Shown: positions 38,646 to 51,908 of the stretch, piece by piece
Position numbering within the stretch: the first letter of the stretch is position 1
Layout of the letters: the number at the start of each line of letters is the position of its first letter
DNA from: Squalus acanthias
Lineage: Eukaryota
Direction of reading: 5' to 3'
Assembly: GCA_030390025.1 (NCBI GenBank)
Contig: CM059431.1
Coordinates: 108,068,001 to 108,132,000 of the forward strand
DNA: 64,000 nucleotides
Program-made: the position numbers and the translations under genes
Notes under the pieces: model-generated
The model's input: only the letters and a program-made list of their open reading frames with translations
Told to the model about the DNA's origin: nothing
The model's database searches: none

Positions 38646-40421
38646 GGGCTGAATTTTGCCAGCGCTCAGAGGATGGGTTTGGAGGTGGGTCCGCTGTCGA
38701 GATCAGAAAGATTGACAGCGGGCCGGTATCCCGCTCTAAACCCGCCTCCTTGTGAGTTTCCCTAGTGCCGGTTCTGCCTGCGCTTTGCAGACACGGCACT
38801 AAGTGGCGGGTCATTCAATTGTGCTCGTTAGGAGGGTGTTTAAAGTAATTAAATCCATATTTTCCCAGTTCCAAAGCATTTTGCCAAGCACCTGTTGCTC
38901 GGGGATCAGGCCAGGTAAGTATGTCGTGTTCTGAACAACTCTCCATTTCTTTCACTAGGTGACAGCTGCAAAAGTGGTTTAAAACCTGCCATTTTACAGC
39001 TGGTCAGTTTCCAATCTCAGAAGCTTCAGCCTTCAGTATTTAGAACCCACTTTTGAGCTTTATGCACTTTTGCAGTGTTTGGAGTAATCTCTCTATCCAC
39101 TGTCACCTCCTTGGAGCAACCTCTCTCACCATTGACAGATTACTTCTGTCATCTCAACCTCACCTGCCATCTATTCCATCAGCATCGGTGCCCTTGAAAA
39201 AATCTCACCTTGGTCCTCAGAATCCCACCACGATCAGCCCCATCACCGGGCACACCAGCAGCACCAACAGCCACACCAACCTTCTCCGCAATCAACTGAT
39301 GCTGCACTGAACACAGGGCATCATCACCCGTGCACATTGCTGCCCGGGATGCCACCGATGGCCTCATCATGACCAGATTTGATCACTTGACATTGTATAC
39401 CCTGGTTGCCACATGATGCACCAGGTTGGCACCACCCCACACCAGCACCATAAATCACCCCTACAATGCCCAAACAATTCCTTTCACACTCATCACCATT
39501 GTGGGGGGGGGAGGGGATGACGTTATGTCTCACCATTCACTGGAACTCACTAAGCTACTTCCAAAGGGGCACACAAATCTGTCCAAGAACGCAAAGTGTT
39601 GAACTTAAAGATTTCAAAGTTTGACAGTACATTACCATAAACTTCACATGAACATTGGCTAAACCACCCAAGTGTCTACCCTTGTGTGTTGTTAGTTGGT
39701 ATGCTTGTAGTAGGATGAGGGTGAGTGTGAGGGTTGGCTAGTGAGATGGGGAAGTGATAATGTAGATAGAGAGGGATGGGTGGACATGCAAGGTAAGTTG
39801 GTGTGAGTAAAGATGTGCAGGAGTAGGGTAGGGAAGGCAGAGTGATGGAGATCTGATGAGTGGCACAGCAGGATGAGGTTGAGTGTGGCTTTGCAGTAAC
39901 ATTTCGTGATCTACTGAGATCATTGAAAGGTTTGCGCCACTGCAGCCTGGTCCTCCTGATGACATCCCTGCTTGTGCCCTCCTGTGCATTGTGCAACCAG
40001 GCTGCGTTGGTGTCCTGGGGAGGTCTCTTCCGCCCATTGGAAGGGAAGAGAACCTCCCTGCGTGCTGTGACTCCCTCCATAAGCAGGTGGAGGGAGTAAT
40101 GGGAGAGCCTGGGTGCAGCTGTGCACCTTTGTGCAGTGATTGTCAGTGTTTGCAGCACCTCAATGCTGTAGAACACTGACAGCAGACCTATCAAAATCAA
40201 TTTGGACATGGCCCCTTTAAGGAAACCGGCTGATGACGCGTCATCAAATGACGTCACCAGACCCGCTTCCTATTAATTGGCCGGGAACCTCGCAGGGCGG
40301 GATTAACAAGGCCCATCAATGGAATATCTTGTTGGAGGCCGGGATCGAGACAGATGCGAAGTCCCCACACGCCACCGACGCCGCCCGCCCCGGAGCCGCC
40401 GAGGTTGGAAAAATCCAGCCC
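38646..40421. mobile_element. Non-autonomous PIF/Harbinger element with Myb/SANT remnant
   Basis: Ends gggctgaatttt / aaaatccagccc; 3-bp TSD AGA (38643-38645, 40422-40424); minus ORF 39676..40257 contains LLMEGVTARREVLFP...AW...RTRLQWRKPFNDL. Confidence 0.8.
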
Positions 40422-40724
40422 AGAGTGTCTCTCTCTATCAGTGGATTATGAATCAACAATTAAACTTGCCTCACTGCCCCCTGTTCCAGTAACAAGACTT
40501 CAGAATGATTGGCTGAGGTGGGTAGTGGAGTACAATTAAAGCATTTAATTGAAGAACATTTGGTGCATTTTTACCAAAAGCTATGCGGACTCTTTTTTGA
40601 TTGAAACCAATGAAGTTGTAGTCATTTCTCTGGCATATTAACTGTTTAAATTGTACCGCCAACTGAAAAGCTTAAAAAGCTTGACGAGCTCCTCAAGACA
40701 ATTTTCAGCTTTACTTGCACTATT

Positions 40725-40955
40725 CATAAGAATTAGGAGCAGGAGTGGGTCATACCCCCACTCGAGCCTGCTCCGCCATTCAATAAGAGCAAGAGTCTGA
40801 TCTTCGACCTCAACTCCACTTTCCCGCCCGATCCCCATATCCCTTGATTCCCCTAGAGTCCAAAAATCTATCGATCTCAGCCTTGCATATACTCAACGAC
40901 TCAGCTTCTACAGCTCTTCGGGGCAGAGAATTCCAAAGATTCACCACCCTCTGAG
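40725..40955 (-). mobile_element. CR1 LINE 3' fragment
   Basis: cataagaattaggagcagg tail, homologous to 10295-10530. Confidence 0.85.
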
Positions 40956-43442
40956 TTGCTCTTTCCGAAGCTGTTGCTGAAGCGCCATTTCCAAATAATT
41001 ACAAAAGATTTAAATCCCTGCAGTCGTGCAGTGATTATATCGGCAATGTAATCCTTCAATGGGAGTGTCATCATTGATTGACTGAGTGTAGGATCCTGAC
41101 TGCTGATGCCTCTCACAACGCACACTCCAGAAATCATAAGAATTAAATGTGAAAAAGTGAAAATGGAAGGAAATTCAAAACACACCATCGTCAAAGTATA
41201 TATTATAAAATTAATAAATCAGAAGTTGATTGCTAAGTACATATTCTATCCTCAGAATTTAGACTACAGTACCCATTGCAGTTTATGATATAAGAACATA
41301 AGAATTAGGAGAAGGAGTAGACCACACGGCCCCTGGGGCCCTATCCCTGTTTACTTCTTTCCCTTTATTATTTTCTCTTTAATGTTTGAGAGAATTAAGC
41401 CTCGAAATATAACGTTTTACATTATTCCCCATTTGCCCCTCTGTTTTTTTTACAAAATAATCTGCCCTTCGCTTAGAGAGATTTTAAGTAGCCACCTAAG
41501 AATTCAAGATTAATATTGGACGAAATGGTCAAATAGCAAATGATTCAAACTTCACCAAAATGCAAAAACAATGTTCAACCACACCCGGAAGAATAAGCTT
41601 AAATTTTATCTAAAGTAGTCAGGTGTAATTCAAATGTGGCACAAAATGGTTGAATACTTGAAATCTTGTCTGTAAAAATATCCGATCAATAACACGTAGT
41701 AGAATTGCTTGTTTACATGGCAGGAAATAGTTTCTCCTTCATGCAATTTTTTTCCCCCGTGAGATTAAATGAATCACATCTTCCTCAGCATATAGCTTCC
41801 AAGTTTTAATTAACTTTTGCCAGAGGTAACACCTGCACATGGAAGCTTAAAGTGACTCTTTGTCAGCAAGGGCAATAGTTTGGCAGCTTAATTTCCAAGC
41901 CATCCCTTCAATTCTATTGTAAGGCCGACAGGTGCTTTAATTCAAGCCCTGCTTCTTATCAAACCAGTACAGATTACTACCTTTGGCACTCATCGGATAA
42001 TTCCTTTCTTAACTGTTCTTACAGCTCAATTTAACTTTGAGTCGTTGAACAGATGAGACACTTGCAGTATCTCGCAAGGCCAGAAACTAGCTATAAAATT
42101 GATAAACAGGAAAGGTAATTGGTCGCATGCCGAAAGACTAGCAATTTTAAATGTGATGTAAATTATAGGCTGAATATACACATTACAGTACCAGACTAAA
42201 TTATATTTAACAAGACCGAGTGCAACATAAAAGGGCTTTACTCCATAGCTGTTAATTACTGTTGCTTTCGGTTTGTTTAAATGCAAATACCAGCCACAAC
42301 AGAAACCTCACTACGACTGTATTTCCTTGCTGTAGATGAACCTCCAGAATATTTCAACTTCTCGAATTACAGAGATGCATTTTCTACCTCTAGAAGCACA
42401 ATTCATGAATTATGCATTATATAAGAATATCTCCAGAATTTGCAAATTCTGCAAAAGAGCCTCTTATTCTGCAAACTGCTACAGAGCTACATTTGCTCTG
42501 CAATTTAATAAATACATAATAATTTGTTAAAGTGTTATGGCTAAAAAAAGGGATTCCGTGTTAAGCTGAGATTTCTGAAGACATGAAAATCGATTTAAGC
42601 AACACAATAGATGCTCGGCTTTGTTTCCCAGCATAAAAGCCAAATGAACATTCCATTTGTCAAGTATAATTACTGCATTTTCCTACTTTAACAATACTAT
42701 TACTGTAGTGCAGATGTCATGTATTATTACAAAAAAGGATGAGTTCAGAAGTTAAAATGAAGCAGCCAGCTTTTATGGAGCACTTTACCAGATATTTGTT
42801 CATTGACCAGTACACTTGCTACATGCTTTCTTTCCCCCAGTGTATGATGTTCTGAAAGAAAACTCAAAGGGAAATGGCAAACTTAAATTATCAGCCGAAC
42901 ATGTTTGCACTGTGGGAATAATATTCCAACAGAGCACAAAAGAATGGGCGAAGCTAACGTGCAAAAAATGACCTGTGGCCCTGTCTTCACATGCCCACTT
43001 AAAATGACAAATGTCACCAGTTCGAACAATTTTTTACCACATGTATTGGATACCTACCTGGGGGAAATTGGATCTGGTTGCGCCCATTTTTCAGCTGAAA
43101 ACGAGCGCTGGAAGGTCTAATATGGCATGCTACGTGCACATGCTAAGTCTGCACCGGGTTTGTGCTGCACGCCATATTGGTTTGAGTGGCCTGTAGTCAT
43201 CCTGTGGGCCTGCCTGAAACAGGTGTTAGGCCTGCTGCCTATAAAATCGGGGTCGAACACCTATTTCAGGCCTCTTTTGGAAATTGGTTTGCGACTGACT
43301 GCATGCAGTCAGTTTTCTCAGGCGCACAACAGTCAAACCAGTGGTCTTTAAAGGGACCGCTAGAGGCTGCCACCAAAAAAGGCAAGTCTCAGTTTTTTAA
43401 AAAACTTTTACTACAGAAGTGCTCCTTCTGACTCCACATTAA

Positions 43443-43840
43443 AACATAAGAACATAAGAAATAGGAGCAGGAATAGGCCACTTGGCCCCTCGAGCCTGCT
43501 CCGCCATTCAATAAGATCATGGCTGATCTTGGGCTCAAAGCCACTTCCCTGCCCGCTCCCCATAACCCTTCACTCCCTTATCTTGCAAAAATTTGTCTAT
43601 CTCCACCTTAAATGTATTTAATGACCCAGCCTCCACAGCTCTCTGGAGCAGAGAATTCCACAGATTTACAACCCTCAGAGAAGAAGTTCCTCCTCATCTC
43701 AGTTCTAAAAGGGCGACTCTTTATTCTAAAACTGTGCCCCCGAGTTCTAGATTTCCCCACGAGGGGAAACATTCTCTCTGCATCTACCTTGTTGAGCCCC
43801 CTCAGTATCTTATATGTTTCAATGTCACCTCTCATTCTTC
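43443..43840 (-). mobile_element. CR1 LINE 3' fragment within a GC-rich MITE-like tract (~43060-44115)
   Basis: RRMRGDIETYKILRGLNKVDAERMFPL in ORF 43608..43889. Confidence 0.85.
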
Positions 43841-44483
43841 TCTCAAAACCGCAGGCCACTGCCGACCACCCCTCACCCCACCCCCTCAAATCCCACCGCC
43901 CCCCCGACCCGCCTCATGGTTGCTCTGATGCCAGCGCCCCCACCAACCAATCTTCATCTTCTTTGCAACCGTGCACTGCTTCTTGGGGTGCGACTGGCTT
44001 CCCCAGCACGCCGGTCGCATCCTGATGGCACAAGAGGACCAATTTTGCGTGGTCCTTTTGCACATCGGGTCTGGCGCGGTGGTCCATGTTTGCCGTTGGA
44101 CTGAGCGTGAACCAACTTTGAGGCCTTGATATCACAAGTAAAAATATTAACTTTAAAAAGTAGTTGGCATTTGGGATATTAAACTTGCAAACATGGTGTA
44201 TCAATTACATTTACCTTCATCATGAATAAGGCAGAAGACATTAACACATTTGACTTTAACATCATCGATTTGATACATATTTTATAATTAATGCCATTGA
44301 AAATACCTATTTTTAAGCTGATATGAATAGCTATAAACAAGCAACGTGTTAACTGATGATTACTGCACATAAGGATCAGTTTTGAGCCCGAGGATGTCAG
44401 GTGTCTTTATTACAAACCAATTCTATGCCACACGCTATATATAATAATTAATTGTATATAAAGAACTCTTCACTCTACCTTAC

Positions 44484-44620
44484 CTGTGTAAGCAAATTGA
44501 ACAAGATCCCAGAGTGCACTGGGGTCGATGCCCTCCATTTTGATTTCCTCTTGTTTAGCTTCACAAACATCACTGGTGAACATCGCAGCAAAATAGTCTG
44601 AGACAGCACTAAGAACAAGT
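44484..44620 (-). CDS. KLHL1: Kelch-like protein 1 coding exon (likely exon 3), BTB domain
   Basis: Not in the ORF track; read by hand: cttctcttcacag|A CTT GTT CTT...TAC ACA G|gtaagg; 137 nt; (R)[45 protein letters not shown](G); phases match both neighbouring exons. Confidence 0.95.
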
Positions 44621-45017
44621 CTGTGAAGAGAAGCACCACAAGGGATCTAATTAAATTAGTGTCTTTTAATTAGCTGTGAAAAGTTGACAGAAGGAATCCA
44701 TTATATTAAAAAAAAACTAAAGGCATAACTGCCCTATTGTACCATGACAGTTTTTCAAAGGGGATCTATTTTTGGGTAATTTAAATTGTTATCAAGGAAT
44801 AACTTGACTGGTCATTAAGGAAAAGTATAGTTATTAAAATTGCCATTTATTATCTTAAGTACCAAACCATATTTATTTCATGTGTTCAAGTAATAAGTAA
44901 TAGTATCAAGTAATAAGGCAATGGTTCCTTTTATCATGCGTGAAAATTAAAAATGCTAAAAATACCATTCTTCTTTATACATTAACTAAAATAAACAAGC
45001 AGCAAAATACATACCGT

Positions 45018-45172
45018 GGGGGTAATTTTATCTATTGATGACAGTGTAAAACGGACGATATTGGATCAGCCGACCGTTATACATCTCTCCCAATTTTCAT
45101 TCGCATTGACTACCATCGGCCAATCCGCTTTTGTCTGTTTTACACTATCCCCCAAAAGATAAAATTACCCCC
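45018..45172. mobile_element. Short MITE
   Basis: Perfect 16-bp TIR GGGGGTAATTTTATCT / AGATAAAATTACCCCC, extending imperfectly to ~40 bp; similar elements near 8833-8995, 11737-11868, 52900-53060. Confidence 0.75.
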
Positions 45173-46429
45173 ATTTGTGCTGAGTCAATAAAATGCCACA
45201 ACATTTTAATTCATAATATTTGGAAAAAGTTGCAAATGCAATTAGAGATAATTTAGTCTATCGAAATCAATATACTGCAACGCTGTTAAAAAGGTAAATA
45301 TTTAACCATAATACATGTGAACAGAAGAATTAGGAGCAGGAGCAGGCTATACGGCCCCTCGAGCCTGCTCCGCCATTCGATAAGATCATGGCTGATCTTC
45401 GACCTCAACTCTGCCATCCCGCACTATCCCCATATCATGAGTGAATTTGAAAATGTGGAATTCATGTTCATAATTTAATACTTACAACTTTATCCTTTAA
45501 CCAGCTAGGACTTTCACTTAACAACATGAATAGTGAGCATAGCAGCAACACAGTCTGAGACAGTTTCGACAGTGCTCCCTATGTGCAGAGAGATATCTCA
45601 GACATCCTTCCAGAGTGGTGGACAAAGAATAGGCAGTGAGCAGGAGATAGAAACAGAGGGATTGATGGAAGAGAAATGTTAAAGAGAAGGATGTTAAGGA
45701 GGGTTTTGAAGCCTGGGATGGAAGCGACAAGGCAAAAATGCCAGGAGCAATAGTAGTTTGACAGTGGAACAGAAGGAGTGGGGACTGAGGATCAAGCCAT
45801 TTTCGGATTTGTGGAGAGCATGTGTATGGCCATAGACCTAGCGGAGTTTGCTGAGATAGGGTGGGGCGAAGCCATGCAGAGATATGCAAGTCATACGAAA
45901 AGCTTAGCAAAGACTGAGATGATGATGCGAATGTGGACTTTGGTTCAGGTAAGCGCATGAGCATTTCACACGAGCAGTAGTTTGGGCTTGCTGTATGGAA
46001 CCGAAATGGCTCACTCTTGGATCAGGTGTTCGGAGATTAAGATGTAACACTCATTAGGGGATTAGAAAAATGCTGACTTTGGAAAGGGACATAAAGAAGC
46101 TTACATTTATGGTGAGTATTAGTGAACTTTTCATGATCGTAATGAAATAAGCTCATCTCCTGTAAGCCATCATATGAAACATTCTTCAGTGCTTTATCCA
46201 AAAGAGGAGCGTGCACATTCAGAGGCAACATTTGAGTTTACCTAAAGTTGCTCATTTGCCTAAACTTAAACTGAGTTTTGCTAGACTTAGACAGAGATTA
46301 AATCAAAATTGTTTTGAGACTCAACACTGAAATTTTAATTGTTTCAGTTCATCATGAAGCGACATTGCATTATTTATTTATAATTGTCTTATTCAATCCC
46401 TACTCTGCCACTTAATGTCGTACTTCATA

Positions 46430-46881
46430 GAAAGACTTGAATTTATATAGCGCCTTTCAGGGCCTCAGGATCTCCCAAAGCACTTTACAGCCAATGAAGT
46501 ACTTTTGAAGTGTAGTCACTGTTGTAATGTAGGAAATGCGGCAGTTAATTTGCGCACAGCAAGCTCCCACAAACAGCAATGTGATAATGACCAGATAATC
46601 TGTTTTAGTGATGTTGATTGAGGGATAAATATTGGCCGGGACACCAGGGAGAACTCCCCTGCTCTTCTTCAAAATAGTGCCATGGGATCTTTTACGTCCA
46701 CCTGAGAGAGCAGATGGGGCCTCATCCGAAAGATGTCACCTCCGACAGTGCAGCACTCCCTCAGCACTGCACTGGAGTGTCAGCCTAGATTTTTGTGCTC
46801 AAGTCTCTGGAGTGGGACTTGAACCTACAAACTTTCTGACTCAGAGGAGAGGGTGCTACCAACTGAGCCACGGCTGACACT
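46430..46881 (-). mobile_element. DeuSINE (SacSINE1-like), near full length
   Basis: Reverse complement of the 34274-34735 copy. Confidence 0.85.
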
Positions 46882-48382
46882 CTACTGTAGCTCAGAGGGA
46901 AGGACGGTCTGAGTAGATGGCTTTACCGAGATCAATGATACTTTTAGATAAAACGTTCCACGACTGCAGTTTTCCATCTACTATCTAGTCACTAACTGAA
47001 AGAAGTTAATTAGCAGTCACTCACAATGGTTGAACATAAGTCGTCCAAATCAATCCTATACCAGTCTACACCAGAACCCCTGGGCAATTCCATCATTTCT
47101 AAGTTCAATTATATTTCAGGAATGATAGTGCTTCTGCCATAGAAGAAAATGTTCAAAACTTTAAATCACTAATCTCGCATTTTATTTAGAACAGATATAA
47201 CTCTTGAATATCAGGGACAAAATTAACAAAAGTGAAAACCAAAAGGAGGTAAATGGTTCTTCCACATCTTAGCTTATATCAATCATATGGCACTTTAATT
47301 TAGAGAGATGTTGAAGTGAGTAAGAGGAGGAAGAAATAAGAAACACCTTGATTTAAGACAGAAAAAGAAGTTGGTAAATACAGTAAACTGGAACATCTTA
47401 CTTGAGATTTCCAGAGGACAAATTATTGATCGTCCTGCAGCTAATTCTAAGTGTGTAATAGTTCAGAAGGTAGCAATTAGATTCAGGACGATTGGAAAGG
47501 AACCTTTGCTTGCTGACTTTTACCCTGCCTAAAGAACATCTTTGGAACAAATTATAGGAAGACATTGGAATGAGAAACAGAGGCTTAAAGTAAGTAATTA
47601 TTTTGTCTGATTCGAACAGCCACAGGGAAAATTTGGCTACTCTCACTTGCCACATTTTCGCATCTGGATAACGTATTGATTGACAGCTAAAGAGCTCTGA
47701 TAAGATGTCCTTCGAAAAGGTCACTGAAAAGACGACTGTGGCACAAAGGTCAGTATTAGAAACAAATCAACTGCTGACAAACAAAAAAAGTATACCACAT
47801 GCCCCCTTTGGAGCCTGAGCTAAAGAAAGGTGAAGACAAGTCAAAGGAGTGATTGACACAGCTTGTGAAAGGGCATGTGTATTATACAAGGTGATCATCC
47901 TGAAAGTGACTTAGGTAAAAGTCCTGCAAAAATCATATATTCTACCCAAGAGGCAATTTTAAACGGACATCCATCTAAGGCTCCTTTTGGTGATTTGTGG
48001 TAAGAGCCAACATACTTGTGGCCAACCATACAGTGCTGGAAAAAGTTTAGTCACTTTGCCAGGTCAAGCAAAGTATTAAGCACGCCTACCATTCGAAATG
48101 ACTTCCCCCTCACATTGCGTTAAAATGCTCAAATTGCTTTTTATTAATAAACAGGATTCGGCATGGAGGTCTTTACACTCGCAGCAAGAGTTCCTTAAAT
48201 TACAGCCTTACGTGCCTTCATTTCACTAAAAGTCTCAGGCAGAATCTAAGTGCTTGGTGCACGCGCCTGTCATCATAGCCATTATATAGCAGCTTTAATG
48301 TGTCAAAATGTCCCAAGGCACTTCACAGAGGTATAATCAAATAAATGGATGCTGAGCCAAGGAAGGACACATTGCGGGGGAA

Positions 48383-48615
48383 AAAGCAAGACTTGCATTT
48401 ATATAGCATCTTTCACGACCACCGGACGTTTCAAAGCACTTTACAGCCAATGAAGTACTTTTGAAGTGGAGGCACTGTTGTAATGTGGGAAACACGGCAG
48501 CCAATTTGCGCACAGCAAGCTCCCACAAACAGCAATGCGAAAATGACCAGATAATCTGGTTTTGTTATGTTGGTTGAGGGAGAAATATTGGCCAGGACAC
48601 CGGGGATAACTCCCC
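48383..48615 (-). mobile_element. DeuSINE 3' half
   Basis: Tail and body match other copies. Confidence 0.8.
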
Positions 48616-48624
48616 TAGGGAGGG

Positions 48625-49760
48625 ATGACTTAAAGCTTACTTAAAGAGGAGGTTCTTAAAAGGAGGAGAGTGAGATGGAGAGGTTTAGGGATCGATTTCC
48701 AGAGCATGAGGCTTAGGCGTCTGAAGGACCATGTCAAAGACTGCAGAGAGTTGAAGAGAACGAGAAGGGATAATGCACCATGTTCACAGTCACAGAGGAT
48801 CTTATTTGTGATGAAGGAGCAGCGCTCCGAAAGCTCGTGATTTCAAATAAAACTGTTGGACTATAACCTGGTGTTGTGCGACTTCTCATTTTTGTCCACC
48901 CCAGTCCAACACCGGCATCTCCGCATCAATCTTATTTGTGACATTGGTTAGGGCTGTTTTGGTGCTGTAGCATGGCGGATTTGAGGGGGAGAATTCAAAC
49001 CTTCTGGAGTGGAAAGTGAGATTGGAGATGTGGTGATAATTTGCAAGGACAGAGAGGACAGGAGTAGGTTCCTTGAGGGAGTGATGATTCCGAATTTGAA
49101 AGGGAGAGGGAACTATTCATAGTGTCAACTAGGCTGGAGGTCGAGAAGCAAAATTGGGGGTCAAATGAGCAGGATGTGGGTCTCATAGACAGGATGAGCT
49201 CAGATAGGGCTTGATGGGAATGAGACACGGGATTAGGGCTAGGACAGGGGGAAGCATGGTGGGGGGGGGGGGATTTGGCTTGTTGGCCATGGGGCGGTGG
49301 GAAATCAGGAAAGGCAGCTGAACGGATGGTCTTAATCTTAGCGAGAAAGAAGTCCATGAGCTCTTCTCACTTGTTGTTGGAGGTGAGAGTGATGGGGATG
49401 GGAAGAGAAGTTCAAGGAGGCAGTTCGTAGTGGAGCAAAGAAGCCTGGGGTTATCTGCGCTCTCCAGGATCATCCTGGCGGTTTTGGCAGAGGAGAGTGA
49501 GGCCCGATAGTACCTGATGTGATCCAGCCAGAAGGGTAAAGCAGTTGTGCATCAGATATGCTCAATTCTGCACCTCTTGGACTTGAGGGGGTGAAATTGG
49601 GGATCACACCAGGAAGAACAACCAAAGGGGAGAATAAAGGTTTTCCTGGGGGCAGGGGCATTAAAGGTGGAGGTGAGATAATGGTGGAGTAAATCAACAC
49701 CGTTTACGATCTCGTCAAATCTGTCATGTACTGGTAAGCAATCATAATTCCCACTTTTTG
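48625..49760 (-). mobile_element. Old degenerate L2-type LINE with RT remnant
   Basis: MDFFLAKIKTIRS and LSELILSMRPTSCSFDP in ORF 48995..49357; STKTALTNVTN|KILCDCEHGALSLLVL reads across the 48812-48928 insert. Confidence 0.65.
48812..48928 (+). mobile_element. Penelope-like terminal-repeat fragment with truncated hammerhead core
   Basis: 13-bp TSD ATCTTATTTGTGA (48799-48811, 48929-48941); (G)TGATGA-A-GGAGC-agc-GCTCC-GAAA-GC-TC. Confidence 0.7.
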
Positions 49761-50069
49761 CATTCTTTGCAAGGATAAGACAGCACAAAACAGAGAGAGA
49801 GAGAACTGCAGCAGGCTTGTAAACCTCTGATCTCTTATTATTTACGATGAAGAGGCTCTGCTAATCCAGGGCGAGGGCAAATAGTGGCGGAAATGGGGAA
49901 GAGGAGAGCAGATGCCAGCTGCAGGCTCATCATGAACTTCTGCTTTCTTTCCTTCTCATCCTACTCTACCCGTCAGCAAACTAGGTCATCAATCTCTGAT
50001 TCCCCTCCTTCTACTAACAGTGCTTTGAGATCTATTCCTCAGCAAGATTCTTTGTCTCTTGTTCCTCTA

Positions 50070-50610
50070 GATAAGAACATAAGAAATAGGAGCAGGAGTA
50101 GGCCATTTGGCCCCTCGAGCCTGCTCCGCCATTTAATGAGATCATGGCTGATCTGATCTTGGGCTCAGCTCCATTTCCCTGCCCGCTCCCCATAACCCAT
50201 CACTCCCTCATTGTTCAAATATCTGCCTATCTCCGCCTTGAATATATTCAATGACTCCGCCTCCACAGCCCTCTGGGGCAGAGAATTCCAAAGATTCATG
50301 ACCCTCAGAGAAGAAAATCCTCCTCATCTCCATTTTAAATGGGCCACCCCTTATTCTGAAAATATGCCCCCTAGTTCCAGATTCCCCCATGAGGGGAAAC
50401 ATCTTCTCTGCATCTATCTTGTTGAGCCCCCTCAGTATCTTATATGTTTCAGTAAGATCACCTCTCATTCTTCTAAACTCCAATGTGTATAGGCCCAACC
50501 TGCTCAACCTTTCTTCATAAGTCAACCCCTTCATCTCAGGAACCAACCTCATGAACCTTCTCTGAACTGCCTCCAATGCAAGTATATCTCTCCTTAAATA
50601 AGGAGACCAG
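50070..50610 (-). mobile_element. CR1 LINE 3' fragment
   Basis: ORF 50208..50576 EAVQRRFMRLVPEMKGLTYEERL. Confidence 0.88.
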
Positions 50611-51181
50611 AAGGCCCTAGTGCATCTGGATTTGCCAACACTTCAGAGCACACACCATCACTTACTCTTTGCCTTGCAAGTACCCACCAAAGATATCCAC
50701 CCTGAGAGAGGTTAGAGTGAGCTACAGAGGAGTGCGATGGTTGTGGATGTCTCCGTCGGTGCTGGGATATAATTTCTGCTTGCAACAGGTGGCATAATTC
50801 TGGGATGGCTTCTTTTGGAAAGCAAAGAGTCCAGACACTGCTCCTTGCTGAAATGAATTAGCGTCTCTGCCTATATATTTTTGTGTCAGGATACCAGTGG
50901 GCAGGTGCTAACCAAAATGTACATGAAGCAAAACCCTGTCCCAATATGATAGATATATGCTAATGAGAGTGATATTCCCTTCCAAAAACAATAAAGCAAA
51001 CTTAAATGACAAATGGCTGACAGAATACCAATTATAATTTGAAGGATCATTTACTTATCACTACACTTAAAAAGAAAAATCAGAACCCTACTTCTAGTCA
51101 TATGCCACTCATGGCCAAGACAACAGTTTTACTCCTAGAACTCTGCTACTGGTGCAGTACGCTAACAAGCACTCAAGAGTA

Positions 51182-51371
51182 AAATAAAAACAGAAAATGC
51201 TGGAAATACTCAGCAGGTCGGGCAGCATCTGTGAAGAGAGAAACAGAGTTAACGTTTTGAAACATCAACTCTGTTTCTCTCTCCACAGATGCTGCCTGAC
51301 CTGCTGAGTATACCGAGGATTTTCTGTTTTTCTTTCAGATTTCCAGCATCCGCAGTGTTCTACTTTTGCTG
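51182..51371. mobile_element. Palindromic Penelope-derived mini-element
   Basis: Inverted arms; flanked by AAGCACTCA direct repeats at 51167 and 51372. Confidence 0.7.
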
Positions 51372-51753
51372 AAGCACTCAGGAATACCTGGAATGAGATT
51401 TCCTCCAGTTTTCCCTACACCCTGTGGTGAGGCGCGTGACCTCTGGCTCACTCGGAGCGATTTCGCAAGCTTTGTCTCTACTGGCAGCTTAGGCTCAGCA
51501 AATTACCCCCACCGTATTTTCTTCACAGTAGCACTGCTGTGATCAGACAAGAGGGTACATCAGAGAACAAAGTTCCACGATAAATAGATTAGAACTAAAT
51601 AAAATGATCCAATAGTTTGGGAGATCCAACAGCGCAATGGAATTGGACAACTTATCATGTTGCTGTAGTGTTCGGTGGGAAGGAGGTGAACATTGTGGTC
51701 TTGTTGAATAATGCACCAGTCGCCTGGCCCAATACAACTGTGGCTATCAAATT

Positions 51754-51908
51754 AATATAAAAACAGAAAATGCTGGAAATACTCAGCAGGTCAGGCAGCA
51801 GCTGTGGAGAGAGAAACAGAATTAACGTTTCAGGTCGATGAGTATTGCCAGCATTTTCTGTTTTTATTTCAGATTTCCAGCATCCGCAGTATTTTGCTTT
51901 TGTATTTG
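51754..51908. mobile_element. Penelope-derived mini-element, asymmetric fold-back
   Basis: Same family; imperfect 15-bp TSD TGTGGCTATCAAATT / TGTGGATAACAAATT (51739, 51909). Confidence 0.65.
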
